From contig JBDOQK010000038.1 of the NCBI GenBank assembly GCA_040437565.1, positions 124,001 through 188,000 of the forward strand: a stretch of 64,000 nucleotides of DNA, in the 5' to 3' direction. The notes beneath the pieces are model-generated. The model saw only the letters and a program-made list of their open reading frames with translations, was not told where the DNA came from and did not search any database. The position numbers were made by a program, and so were the translations under genes. Positions 24,410 through 37,789 of the stretch are shown in pieces (position 1 is the first letter of the stretch; each line of letters starts with the position of its first letter). This DNA is from Albugo candida (taxonomy: Eukaryota).

Positions 24410-25700
24410 TGTTGCTGTGAAAGCGTCTCTGTCGACCGACCACTTCGGTGAAGGCAGCTTCTATCCTTGGATGGTGTAGAGAAACCAGGCCAAGATGATT
24501 TGTTGCCAGGAGACGAAACCATCGTAGCGGGTAGATAACGAAAAATAACACTTCTACTGTACATTTGCATTGGCATCATTCCTTTGAACAGGTTGTGAGC
24601 CCAATAGATAATGCCTCCCACGCGTTTAAGCCCACCGCTGGACCTAGGATAGTTGCGGGTCGCGAAAGAGGCCAGTAGTCTACAAGGCGAAGACATAGAT
24701 TCAAGGCAGAGGTGATGCCACGGAGCACGGATGACAGGCTGATGAACCTCTTGAAGGGAGCAGCACTACATGTCAACTCCATTGTACCAAAAGTGGACGT
24801 ACCGCATAAAGTCGCGTCGTATGCAAGAGTGCATGACGCAAGACAGCGCAAGCTGAACATTCCTCACTTTGATGGATGGGAGTTTTAACCTACGTCAAGG
24901 AAGGGATTGCTTACCCTGGGGGACGCAGTTTGTACGTGAAGTCTCATTTGCTGAGAGAGCGAGTGGATATTCGTTGACAGAAAATGTCAGGATAGACATA
25001 CTTGGACACAATCTCGCCGGAATGGCCGATCATTACTATAGACGCCAAGTTGAAGGTGGGTGGCAGGAGGAGCCGACATGAGAGTACGTCATGCAAAGTC
25101 TTCTTCATACGTTCCCAATGGAGGCCTCTCCGTCACAGAGCATGAAACTGTTTACGGCCTTCAAGAGTCCCCAGCGAAGCTGTACCGAGCACTATTTATA
25201 CCTGATCACAGTAAAGAGGCTTGTGTGTGGCAGACAACTTGGTACAGGGAACATTTACCACTATGTCGACCCATCGATGAGAGTGTCAATGCTGGCGCGC
25301 ATGAACTTGACAAGAATTATTTTCCTTCGTGAAGCACGGGAATTGGCGCACTTCACGCAGTCGACGGAGATCGAACGACGTGGAAAGCACATTGGTAAAG
25401 ACGTCGTGAAAAACGTACGAACCGTGCGGGAGAAGGCACGAAAGGTGCGCAAAGATTTGCGGAAGTGATACAGCTGGACACATACAAGCTGCGTGTCCCG
25501 CTAATACGGACGACAGACAAACAAGCGACGACGTGGATTTTGTGCTTGCAGTAGATGATATAAGCACTGATCAAGGACATTGAATATTGGACAGCGACTC
25601 GAGCCGTCACACGGTAAACGGAGAAAGAATGATTGAGGACGCCGAGGACTTTCAAGGTGAGTGCGTCGCAGCTGAAGGAGGACGACCACTTCTCAATCTG
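24410..25700 (+). mobile_element. Nested truncated copia: 5' LTR (24410-24590), PBS, gag, protease
   Basis: TGTTG...GAACA is followed by PBS ggttgtgagccca (24591-24603). Gag reads KLNIPHFDG...ERASGYSLTE...LAGMADHYY; protease-like ILDSDSSRH at ~25585. Confidence 0.8.
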
Positions 25701-25779
25701 CCGACTAATAGGTAACCAGCCAATTCAGTACAAAAAAACACGATAAACAACTTTTTTCAACTCTTTCCCCTGGAAAACA

Positions 25780-25960
25780 ATGGTTCAAGTCGAAATATCG
25801 ATACAACCCAGGGTGCTATGGTCCACTTGTAATGACGTGGCAACCTCATGGGTCACCCTGTTGCGGGTGATTGCATGATTATTGATATGTCATCACCCCT
25901 GTGTGATGACGTGAAAAGGACCCCCACCCCCGGTATGATGGTACAGGGTAATACCGATGA
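25780..25960 (+). mobile_element. Isolated 5' fragment (putative ORF1 start) of the L1/Tx1-like LINE
   Basis: atggttcaagtcga...gacgtggcaacc...gggtgattg...tgtgatga aligns with the reverse complement of 12380-12561. Confidence 0.65.
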
Positions 25961-26049
25961 CGGACGTGGTACCGGTGGTACATGCGGTACTGTTATTGGC
26001 TCGTTACAGGTTGACCCAAAAATACAACTTTGGCTGACCATATTAAGTC

Positions 26050-26764
26050 ACAGGAGAGGAGTCCTTGCCTAAGGCCAGGCTAAAGCTCGGGTGAAATTCC
26101 GCCATAAGCCAGAAATTGCAACCTCCACTCTTTGAATGTGAGCTTCAAGTCCTCTGTATTCTTTCTTTCCAGTAAGAAGCTCGATCGATAGCTTCATCTC
26201 CTTGAAGGCAGGTATCTTGATCCCGAATTTCAGCTGCGGAAAGAATTGCTGCCCCAGATGCATATCCACTTGAGCCCTAGGCTGCACAGTCAGGAAGAAC
26301 TGGTGCTGCTGCACTCGGGGTTGTGGTGAAGTAACGGTATCTGCATCCGGATGGCTTCACTGAGCGAGTCAGCTTTGGGTCGCTCTCTGCGAGCACCTAA
26401 GAACTTAATGAAATCGCTCAATCTTCGGGATCCTGATTCCACATGAGGCATCTGAGCACGGTCTACGCGTTCCCGTGCCATTTCGCGCTCTATAGTTCCA
26501 AAAGTTTCTCCAATCCGCCCAGACGATCTACACCATGGTCGGAGGCCCAGTGCTCACTTGATTGAGAGATTTTTGCGCTAACATTTGTCGCATCATCGTG
26601 TGCGCATAGTTGAGCTACTGGAGGGTCTCTCGGAGTGCTTGGGCTCATAGCCTGTTTTTTGTCCATGCTGCTTTAAAGTGTAGGATAAACGAGAAACTCT
26701 ATATTCTATGGTCCTATTACCTCTTCTATCCGTTTCCTACAATCATCATAGTAGATTTCCAAGA
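26050..26764 (-). mobile_element. Copia 5' fragment: probable LTR (26653-26764), PBS, gag N-terminus
   Basis: On the minus strand, ...aaaca is followed by PBS ggctatgagccca (26640-26652). Gag-like MKLSIELLTGKKEYRGLEA parallels the gag at ~51280. Confidence 0.65.
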
Positions 26765-27072
26765 GGCGCGTCAACCATTCCAAGGGTCGCATTCTTTCGA
26801 CATCACTTCTCACGCCTTTTCGATATGCCCTCTTATAACCTTACGATTAGGTCGAAGTCTACAAAAGACTACCCTGGAGAACCTGAAGCATCTTTGGTCG
26901 TTCATCCCATCAACCGTCGGTGCCATTTCTTTTTCAATTTGTTGAAATGCAGCTCGTAATTGAGCAATTGGTCACGATTTCCATCATTCGTCAAGTTGAC
27001 GCCGTAATTGCACTCGATTGTTATTGATTTTCGAACACGGCAGCATTTGAACATCGTCCACAATGCGCATGA

Positions 27073-27702
27073 CAGAACTGCAGAATCCCTTTGAAGTCAT
27101 AGGGGTTTTAATACGTCACACCTTCATGCGTTATCTCGAACGATCAGTCGCAGAACTGCAGAATCCCTTTGAAGTCATAGGGGTTTTAATACGTCACACC
27201 TTCATGCGTTATCTCGAACGATCAGTCGCAGAACTGCAGAATCCCTTTGAAGTCATAGGGGTTTTAATACGTCACACCTTCATGCGTTATCTCGAACGAT
27301 CAGTCGCAGAACTGCAGAATCCCTTTGAAGTCATAGGGGTTTTAATACGTCACACCTTCATGCGTTATCTCGAACGATCAGTCGCAGAACTGCAGAATCC
27401 CTTTGAAGTCATAGGGGTTTTAATACGTCACACCTTCATGCGTTATCTCGAACGATCAGTCGCAGAACTGCAGAATCCCTTTGAAGTCATAGGGGTTTTA
27501 ATACGTCACACCTTCATGCGTTATCTCGAACGATCAGTCGCAGAACTGCAGAATCCCTTTGAAGTCATAGGGGTTTTAATACGTCACACCTTCATGCGTT
27601 ATCTCGAACGATCAGTCGCAGAACTGCAGAATCCCTTTGAAGTCATAGGGGTTTTAATACGTCACACCTTCATGCGTTATCTCGAACGATCAGTCGCAGA
27701 AC
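27073..27702. repeat. Perfect 78-bp tandem repeat, about 8 copies, running into a gap
   Basis: The unit cagaactgcagaatccctttgaagtcataggggttttaatacgtcacaccttcatgcgttatctcgaacgatcagtcg is repeated with no visible variation. Confidence 0.97.
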
Positions 27703-29899
27703 NNNNNNNNNNNNNNNNNNNNNNNNNNNNNNNNNNNNNNNNNNNNNNNNNNNNNNNNNNNNNNNNNNNNNNNNNNNNNNNNNNNNNNNNNNNNNNNNNN
27801 NNAATTTCAATAGAATTAGTCACGACCCTCCCCCCCAACATTCCGCTTTCCGCAGAGCTTGGGATAATAACTTGTTGAGCTCCTTCTACTTTTACTGGAG
27901 CGAACTAAAGTCGGTGCTAGGTTATGTTCAGGTCTTTTTCCGCTAACTGCTAATCTAATCATCTAGAAATTATCCGCATATTATTTAAACATTCTTTAGG
28001 TTTTCAATATGCGACAAATAACGATATTGGTTTTTTAAGTACATTAAGCGCTTGCTTACACTCACAGCGTTTATATCTCGTTGTGATTGAATGCAACGAA
28101 CATGTTTTGTCGAGAAACTTTCAACAGGATATTTTGACTCAAACGTAACTCACATCGTTTGTGGCGATCTAAATAGATTTCTGGTGTCCCGTTTGAATTG
28201 TTACAGGGGTATCCATCGAAATTAGCCAAGTGGACTCTCAAGGTTGAAACGCATTTACAACTTTGGTGTTTCCGATGCTTGGCATCAACATCATCTTACG
28301 AACGTGCCTTTACTGGCCTTATACTAAAAAACAAGACTAGACTACATCCTTTTGTCGGAACCTCATTTCCCGTCGGTGGCCAAAAATTCCTGTTATGTTT
28401 CACTCNNNNNNNNNNNNNNNNNNNNNNNNNNNNNNNNNNNNNNNNNNNNNNNNNNNNNNNNNNNNNNNNNNNNNNNNNNNNNNNNNNNNNNNNNNNNNNN
28501 NNNNNGGTGTTTCCGATGCTTGGCATCAACATCATCTTACGAACGTGCCTTTACTGGCCTTATACTAAAAAACAAGACTAGACTACATCCTTTTGTCGGA
28601 ACCTCATTTCCCGTCGGTGGCCAAAAATTCCTGTTATGTTTCACTCACTCTTACGGGTGATCATTTGGCGCATATTGTCTATTTTTCCAATCCGTCTCAG
28701 CCGTAAGGTCTTGGGCATTGAAAATGTTCTGTTCTACTGTTCGACTATACAGTAATCTAAGAGAGATTGAGGAGCAGGTGGACCGTAACTTGGACAACTA
28801 TCTGCGTGCATTTTCTCATGTCTGGAAAGAAGGGGTACGTTGAAAGAAGCACAGGAAACAATCGTCACAACATATTCAAAAGTAGATCCGTAACCAAGAG
28901 TAATCAGATGTCCTATGAATTTAAGCTGACTTGAATGAAGCAGCAGCAGGTTATCGCCAATCCAGTCTAGCGCAAGAAATACAGATGTACGAGGCAAGCA
29001 CCCAATCCTTTTAGTATCGCGTCAGGATCTCGTCCACGTATAATCAACAGTACATCTTGGATTATAATATAAGACACAGGAAGAAATTCATCTCGCCAAT
29101 TCTTCCCACTAGTGCACTCGACATGTTATCCAGTACCTTCGAAAGAAGTTTACCTCCAACTAGGCCTGAGTCAACCAATCCTATTGATATCAACTTTCGG
29201 TTCACATACCTCTGGGGGTTAGTATCAGAAGAGAGATCACCTACGCTCAGCAGGAATGTCTTTGCAACCTCGTGAGAACAAGCAAGACTTGTCAAGTCGA
29301 TCTCAAATACAATACCCGATTGTGATGAATTGTTTTTGTCAGCTCCATTGACAAATAAAAAATTAGAATCCGCACAGCATATGCATGAACACTCCGCATC
29401 TGGAATGTACGGAATCACCGCAGCATTCTACCAACTCACTCCGGGTATTTTTGTTGAATGTAGAAATTGACTTCGGACACCAACTTCATTGAAGATTTTT
29501 TTGTGGTCTCAACGTAGCTAGGCAATAGCGCAGCTGTTGGAAAGGGTTAGAAGAGTTGAAGGAGCAAGTGAATCTCGAAGAGCTTCTATGACAACGGAAG
29601 AGATGGCTACCAGATCTTGACAGATAGGTATAGGAGTAATTGCACGTTTGCTACAAAATTTAGGAGGAGCAGAAGAAAAATGAAGCTCGGTAAACATGCA
29701 CAGAATGGCATAGAAGAGAATGAAAAATGGGTAAGGACAGATAAAATACACAAAATCAATTTCTCCGTCAACAACGCACCCAACAACAACAACTGGGTGA
29801 GTCCAGTACCGGGATCAGACGATAGCAAGAATGAGCCGACATCATCAGTTCACTCAAGGGCATCGTCGTAACGCGCAGCAATTTCGCCGCGCGTCGCAG

Positions 29900-32800
29900 A
29901 TGTCATTACAGACGCGCCAGATCGTGGATGAAGCTGGGCAACAGACGAGAAGATTCTCTAGGCCCTCGCCGCTCTGTCAGATCGCATAGAGATGATGGAG
30001 ATTTCCCAGATGCGGAACGACGAGAATGATAGAATGCGTGGTGCGATAAGGAGTAGACTGTTTGCATCGGCTCTCCGTGCGAATGAGTGCGAAAGGACGA
30101 TGACGGTTGATACGTTGAGGAACTCTCCGGAGCGCAAACCAGCAGCTTCTCAAGCAGGCGCAGCACCCTCACCCGGATTCGGCTCTCATCTCACCGATGC
30201 CTCCCATACAGCATCGACAGTTGCGCTCTCCGGTCGACGCGGCACCTCCTTGAGCGGTTGTTGCAGCTGTGTGCAAGTTTGACGGCACCGGGTTGTATCG
30301 TGAATTTGGGTCCGCGTTTTATGTATGACTGGGGAAAGACGTTTTTGCGACAGGTCAACTTGGCCGAGGCATCGTGCGGATTTCGCTGGAGTAAAGTCGT
30401 CGAGGTGGACCGGCTAGGTCATTGCCTCGCTGGTACAGCCGAAAAGTACATCACAAGCAAGTCAATATCTAGTGGATATTGCAAGCGACGCTCGACCTTG
30501 TCATGGGACGCCTGTTAGAGATATTTTAGACGACCATTACTGGTGGCCAGTCGATGAAAAGCTTCACGCTGAAAAAGATCGTTATTACTGTCCAACATCG
30601 TTCATCACGCGTCCCCAGAGCTCATGAACGTGATGTGTGCCGAGTATGACCCGACACGAACCGATAACTTGCGACACGCTGAAGAGCTGACGCAATTCCC
30701 GACGTCGATCGAGATCGGAAATGGATCGGTCGGGCGTGANNNNNNNNNNNNNNNNNNNNNNNNNNNNNNNNNNNNNNNNNNNNNNNNNNNNNNNNNNNNN
30801 NNNNNNNNNNNNNNNNNNNNNNNNNNNNNNNNNNNNNNNCCGCCTCTCAAATTTTGCGGAGACGCCGTGGAATACGCCGCGTGCATTCTGTCCAGGTATC
30901 CGACTCGAGCGGACATGAGACGCGCATCCATGTTGAAGTACTGACGAATAAAGCGCATGATCTTCGAAAGATTGTTGTGTTTGGGAGCACCTGCGCGATA
31001 TACATAGACGCACGAAACAATCGGTTACGCAAAGATCTCAGATTGGCGTCATCATCGAAATCAGCTACGAAACCAAAGTTTTTTACGTGTTCTTGCAGAA
31101 AGATAACCAGGTCGTGACAACGCAGCACGTTATGAACATCGAGACGCTTAGTGAGGAGCAAAAGAGTCATCTGCATCGCTCATTGAAGTTTGAACACCAA
31201 GTGGTTATGACTACATTTATAACACAGACTCAAGTCACTACATTTGGGAAAGCGGCTCCAGATACGAGGATAAAGAGCGTCCACAAGGATAAGCAGTGAA
31301 AGGTGCGACGTGTAGCTCTCGAGCGATTTCTAAACGCGTAGTGGCGGCTGGCGACAAGGAGGATGCAGCTCAAGGTCCAAGCGTGGTGAGCCACGTTGTT
31401 GAGCGAGATACAAAGAGCTAAATCGACGCGATGCGCAGCTCTAGGCGTGAGGACTGGTAAAAAGCAGTGATAGAAGAGCTCAAGAAGCTCGATGACAACA
31501 GTGTATGGACTGATCACGCGCCAAGCCAACAGCAACGCTCACCAAACGAAATGGTTTACAAGACACAAAGGACGCAGAAGAAAACATAGAAAAGCTCAAA
31601 GCACGGATACTCGCGTGCGAGATCGAACAAGTCCTGATAGTGGACTACAGCTTTACTTTCACTGCGATTATGGACATGTCGACAGTGAAAGTGATACTGG
31701 TGCTCGCGGCGACATGAAAATTACCGGCAAAGCATGAAGACATACCGAATGCGTATGTCAAGGCCTACAAAGAAGCGAACCTTGATATTCATCTGCAAGT
31801 TCCTCGGTCAAGGACGTAGACGATAAGACGAAAGAGAATCTCGGTGCAAGAAGCAAGAGCGAGTTGTTGCAACAGCTGCATAAGAGGCTCTACGAATTAA
31901 AGTAAGCGGGGCACCTGTGGAGTCAATTGCTACATGCGAGGCTCACTGAGGGATATCTGGCGAACGAGATGGTGAAAAAACGTCGTCGTGGTCTGCGTGT
32001 ATGTCTGTAACTTGCTGGCAACTGACACTAGCGCTGATTCTATTGATCATCTCTTTGTGTAGCCTCGGCTCGCTGTTGATGAAAGACCTGGGACGTTTGT
32101 CAAAGTTTTTGGGTATGCCCATGTCACTTGCCAAAGACAGCTCCTACGTTCTGAATCAGGATGATAATATTCAAGACCTACTACTTGCATGGGATTGTAG
32201 AAAAAACTCGACCCTTTCGCCTATTGGAGCCGACTGTTACGCGGTGAAGAACGAAGCCAGCGCGCTTGATGGGACGACGAGAGAAGCTGGAAAGCCATCA
32301 ATTTTTAAGTTTCAGTTGCTATTTGGAAGGCTACTGTGGGTGGCGGTGCACGCGGCCAGATGTGTCGTTCGCTATGCCCAAGGAGATGCGCAAATGCAAC
32401 CAGTCACGTGTTTACGATTGAAAGTTGGCGAAGCGCATTTTAAGCTACTGAAAAAAAGACTCAAGGACTAGAGCTGCGGATGACACCAAGAGTTGCAGTG
32501 CGGGAGACTCCGACGGTGGGCCCATAACGTCTCGCAGATTTTGCAATTGATAATAAGGATCGCAAGTCGCTGACTAGAAACGTCGTTTTGCTTAACGGCA
32601 TGCCAGTAAGCTGTGATCTACAAATCAAGGCGGTGTCTCCAAGTCTACTATGAAAGCTGAGTTTGTTGCTACTTCTGAAACCTCGCGCGATTTACTCGGC
32701 ATCCATGAGATGCTGGGCGAGGTCAACACGGCGCCATCTCTGCACATGCTAATGCATGCGGATAAGCAGGCATCCATCAAGCAAATTGAAGACGAGGCAT

Positions 32801-32980
32801 CATCGATCAAGGCTAAACACATTGATGTGTGGCTCAAGTTCGTGTGCGGCAACGCCAGACGGGGCATTGTGATCGCGCAATAGATACGCTTGGCGAAGAT
32901 GCTCGCATACTTGCTGACGAAAGCACTGGACCCAGCAAAGCTTGAAAGTTTGCTTGCACTCATGTGCTTGGAGTATTAGT
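29900..32980 (+). mobile_element. Ty1/copia internal relic (gag, gap, integrase end, RT, RNase H); no LTRs found
   Basis: Gag FLRQVNLAEASCGFRW; GDAVEYAACIL; DIPNAYV-like segment near 31740; KDLGRLSKFLGM; AEFVA...AKHIDV...LLTKAL. Confidence 0.88.
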
Positions 32981-35862
32981 TCAAGGCCTTTGAGATGAAC
33001 AAAAATGCTAGCGTGATATGTAAGTGGGAATGGGGATTATGCTGCGTCCGAGACAGCACACCCAACATTTGAAACAGTTTCTTTACAAGAAACTGATATC
33101 TTGCTGATCCTGACCACTATTTTACCATTACATGGACTGCGTGGTCTTGCAGTTAATGGCGAGGATATTCACGTACAGACTGCAGCAGGGGCTTCCAAAA
33201 ACTGATTAGGGGAGGGGGGGTCAGATCACTAATCGTGGTGAAAAAACATACGAAAGTTTTTTCGGATTGAGAAAATGTACGATCGAGTGGATTGGTCGTA
33301 AATGTTTGAGATTTGGTCAAAAAGAAACGTGGAACGTCTCACCCAGTGAACACATCCTCTTTACAAAAACACGAATGTTTCGTTGTTGTTAATGGAACGC
33401 ATTTACCCAAAATCACTTTTCTAATGGATTGAAACTAGCTGATCTGCCTACGCATTTCTCCAGCATGACGATTGGGCTTTTGGAAAATTTGTTGCGAAGG
33501 AATGATCGACCTTGCTTAAGCATCTAGTGAAAGGATACAGGAAGGGGGGTTGTCAACTTGACATTATATCGTTTCTTCTCAGTAGAGTGGAGTAGCAGCT
33601 CGAGCTGTTCAGGAATATTGCGATGGTTCAAGTGCAAGTTGAATTGGTGCAAGTGTTTTTGTCTTCACTAAATTGACATCACGCATGTCCACCGTTGCGA
33701 AAATAAAAGCACTCGTACCCATCATTATTGGTAATTCCATTCAGCCATCCTCCTCGTTTGTGATATAATGAATGGGGAGTAGTGATCGATCTTAGGGAGT
33801 TTTTCGTTAGTGGTTCCGTCGAGAAGAATTTTCTGTGAAAGAAGCTAGTGGCACAAACTATGGTTTTATCAGTTTATGACACTCATAACTCATTTCAACA
33901 TTTAGCAACATTCACTTTAACACTGTAAGTCGATGCTCAATCGAATTTGTTTCAAGTTTGAATTCTGAACGAGTTCAACACACAGTCAACCTTCTTTTCT
34001 CGCAGCGCAGCTAAAGAAACAACGCTTTCCCTTTTTACAACAATTTATACTTGATTCCAGTTCAGCTTCATCCAGCAAATGTTCATACAGTAAAAGAGAT
34101 CACAAAATGCATATTACCCAATTATAGGCCATATCAAGCACTCTCTTTCCTCGCGATATCAGCACGTCGTCATGCGACCATGGTTCGTTGGAATGTAGCG
34201 TCATCTTGGTGAAAACAGACATAGTTCTGAGTGCACATGATGATTAGTAGATTTGACTGCTGGGGAAACCCGAACTCAAAATGGTAAGATCTAAAATGGT
34301 AGTGAGAACTGGATGAACCCGATAATTGGGTAGCATACTTGCGTGGAGACTATTAAAGAGCTTTCCAAGAACTTCAAATATAGATCCGAAGTATAGTCGG
34401 AAATGAATACCGCTTTGCCGAAATTTTAATGCCAAACCGAACCGGTACGCCTGTTCTGATTTCCATCCGGAACAGGGAAACCGTCACCCGGTTAAGCTCG
34501 CGAGTTCTGCGATGCGTCGATATGAAATCGGCGCAAAAAGGTCGATGTAGAAAACTCTCACGACTGTAGAACTTCACTTAAACTAAATCGCAGTATGAAA
34601 TTTGCAACTGATCCGATCCAGACCGTTCGTTCACAAAAAAGACACAGGAAGATCCTATCCGAAGCGCATGAGCGAATCGCTTCCGCCAATTACGCGCTGA
34701 TTCGGGAACTATTCTCAGACATCGATAATGAGCAAAGGCGCTTCTTGATCGTTTTGTATGCTTAAAATGGAGCTGAGGGCGACTTGAAACCGTATCGGAG
34801 CATACAACATGATGCTGATAAATAGCTCATGTTATGATGAATCTTAGCCTGAAAGATCTCATCCGCTTTGGTGCTACCAAACACATTATGGTGAAGTGGA
34901 AAGGTACCATGAAGTGTTCTTCGAATGTAGCACGACCAATTCAACTTGGGAAGTACCAATTAATACTGGATAAAACATCTTGTCCGTTCGACCACGATCG
35001 CAAATTGAGTATGCACGTATTCCGTGACTTTACAAAAGTATTTNNNNNNNNNNNNNNNNNNNNNNNNNNNNNNNNNNNNNNNNNNNNNNNNNNNNNNNNN
35101 NNNNNNNNNNNNNNNNNNNNNNNNNNNNNNNNNNNNNNNNNNNTAGCTTTTTTATAATTTCTAGAAAGTTGTGCTGATAGTTTAAGTCCTCAATATAAGC
35201 TACTTTTGGTAATATGCATATTTAAGCAAATTTCACGGTGTATGTGTTGAGTGTAAAGGATTGATAAGTTGAGTTCAATTTTATAATGTGTTTGCTCCTA
35301 GGTGTAGTTGAACGTGAGTCACGGCACGTGATGGGTGAGGGGTATGGTTGAGTGATGAGTGATCATTACTGGTGAATTTTACCCAGTGAATCAGGGGGAG
35401 ATTGAATACTATCAAGAGGGTGAGTGAATACTAACGGCTTCCTAAATCTACATATAGTATAATCGTCTTTCATTACCGCTATTCTTTACATCCTAAGCAT
35501 GTAACACTCCGATAGAAGTACAATATTACATACAACGTTAGGAAACAAAGTGTAAAGGTATGCGATACAATTGTATAGATATATAGTAGTGTCACCTTTC
35601 TTTACTACTATTTCTGTACATCTCAGGAATGTGACACTCCGACTCGGCTATATAATATCACATGTGCGACTACTCTATCAAAGTCTTACAAATTCAACGT
35701 ATAGGGATAGTCACTCCAAGCCAAAGACACTCACACCCTTCTCGCCACTCTCTCTCTATTTGTTACATCCCATGACGTGCAAGATCCATACTCCCTTTAC
35801 TTTTTCTAGATCAAACTTAGAGTAACATCTGACGCAGCTTATAACGAGCCGCAAACAACGTG

Positions 35863-35880
35863 ATTCACATTTCAATTTCC
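35863..35880 (+). promoter_or_regulatory. Probable INR+FPR core promoter
   Basis: ttcacatttcaatttcc lies ~25 nt upstream of the ATG at 35903. Confidence 0.45.
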
Positions 35881-35902
35881 TTCAAAGCAACAACATTATA
35901 TA

Positions 35903-37100
35903 ATGGCCCTCAAGTTCATATTTCACTTCACGCTTTCTATCTTTGTGTTTTCGGACACAAAAACGACAACAGGAAGCCATCGTGGTCTTGGCTTACAAAT
36001 GAACTCGAAAATGAACCTAAAGGAGGAAGACTTTGATCTTTTGATGATGGTAGACGATTATATCGACCCTTGTCTTAGAATCGTCCAGACTTCCTTTAAC
36101 AATTATACGGCAGTATCCATAACATCAATTGGTCCTACTGGTAGCCAAAAAAAATGCTCGTTTTCGACAACTTAAAATAAAGACGAGGTAATTTATAGCT
36201 CCCTCGACAGTGACATCACGGCGTTCTTTAACATTGAAGACAAATTTAACTTCGCGGGAGCGAACCAAAATTGCAACGATATTACTGATTGCGCTACACC
36301 TTTCATATGTGTACGGAAAGGAAACGAAAAAGTTGGCAAATGCACAAATAACAAGGTTGGTGTCCTACCCGGAATGGGGATCAACATCGGAGATGATCCG
36401 AAAAAAAAATGCCGCAGCATTTCTTCATGCGCAATAAACTCACGAAAGAGATAACTACTGCTGTCACCATATCAGGTTTGTACATGGATCCGGGTTCCGA
36501 AATCGGAACCTTACCAGTAAAAAAATAGCTTACTGGTAATTTGTGTCGTGTAACCGTTCGAATTTTGAACGTGCCTTTTGAGAGTCTCTTTTTCCTTATC
36601 TTTTCTCTCATCACTTGCTCACTCAAGCGGCCATGTTAACAGTATCCGACGCGACACCATGTAAGACGGAACTCCATCTATACGCGCGTGTTCTATCCAG
36701 TGCATAAAACCGTCCCAAAAGGACTTGGTAGTGTTCTCCGCCCCACCCTTTCTGAAATCGCATGAATGAGTACACTTTCCTCTGAACATTTCAAATGTCC
36801 CCAGTTCGACCCCAGTTCTAATTGCTAAAGAGCTAATGCGAGATAGCGTTACGCATTGAATTGCGTCTGCTATTATGCGACGAGACGGATACAATCGAAT
36901 TCTACATATGTCTGGGATTGTAGGCACTAACTCTACACCTGGTACAGAGCTGGTAGTGCGCACATTCGGCACACTCGAAGGAAGTCTTACGATTGAGACA
37001 TACGCCTGTGTTCTAGAAAGGTGCCGGATCAGCTCACAACTAAGGGGTGACTTTGATTCTTCCCCTCATCAAGTTCATATTGTTCTGGAAACGATTTGGT
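35903..37100 (+). pseudogene. Secreted Cys-rich family member interrupted by a premature stop at 36173 (3' limit approximate)
   Basis: Signal-like MALKFIFHFTLSIFVFS. The frame continues through the TAA as NKDEVIY...NCNDITDCATPFICVRKGNEKVGKC...GDDPKKK. Paralogue of 37908-38483. Confidence 0.7.
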
Positions 37101-37789
37101 GGCCATTGTACCTTTAAACGTACTTTCATACTGCATGCTGGGTATAGCGGTAGTAAAGGATCTTATAAGCTGTATAATCTATTAACTTACTGGCTCGGGT
37201 ATTCTCATGCATATGATATTGTATGAAAGCTCATAGCTTATTACAGCCTACGAAGTCCGTTAGTCTTATTGGATTACATTGACATCCTCAACTGAGGGTG
37301 TATCTGGTGCGAGTGTTGAACTGAGAGTGAGCCATAAACATCGGGTGCTTTAAATAAGAATGCGCACTTTGTCGATGAGGTTGCGATTTGTAGAGTGCGA
37401 TGTCGTGTGCATGAGCTTAATTTGTAACTCAATAAAATATGGACCGTGCGAGATTTAATACACTGTAAAAGAAGCTTCTATCTATCTGTTGAGAAAAAAT
37501 CTACGCTATAGCAGGTCTTTTGTGTCAAACATAGCACAATGCCCCGTAATCGAATTACAATGGGTGTGATACCGAACATGCCTGTGATTCAAGCGATATG
37601 GACTTTTCTATGGCCAAGATAATGAACAGATAAAAGTATCGAGGGAGCCTAGTAGTTCACTGTAAGTTCAAACGGTATATTGTATTGACTTTTTTTCCAA
37701 ACAAGGTTCGACATAATGCAAGCTGATTTTCTTCTGCTGCCGCTTGTCCCTTGCAACGCATCTGTAGAGTAGAGACCACTTCGGAAGAG

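Noticed and set aside
25780-25795. Pol III B-box (GGTTCAAGTC), suggesting a tRNA-derived SINE
   Set aside because: There is no A-box or cloverleaf. It is better explained as ATG GTT CAA GTC at the putative LINE ORF1 start, shared with 12561.
27063-27878. CRISPR array or a genuine 271-aa repeat protein
   Set aside because: The units are contiguous and identical with no unique spacers and no cas genes, in a eukaryotic context. The ORF length comes from the repeat and from reading through Ns.
28265-28646. 140-bp direct repeat
   Set aside because: Identical and gap-flanking, so an assembly artefact.
33187-33235. hAT-like terminus, with an inverted look-alike near 27813-27860
   Set aside because: The two ends face outward, similarity is low-complexity, and I found no transposase or TSD.
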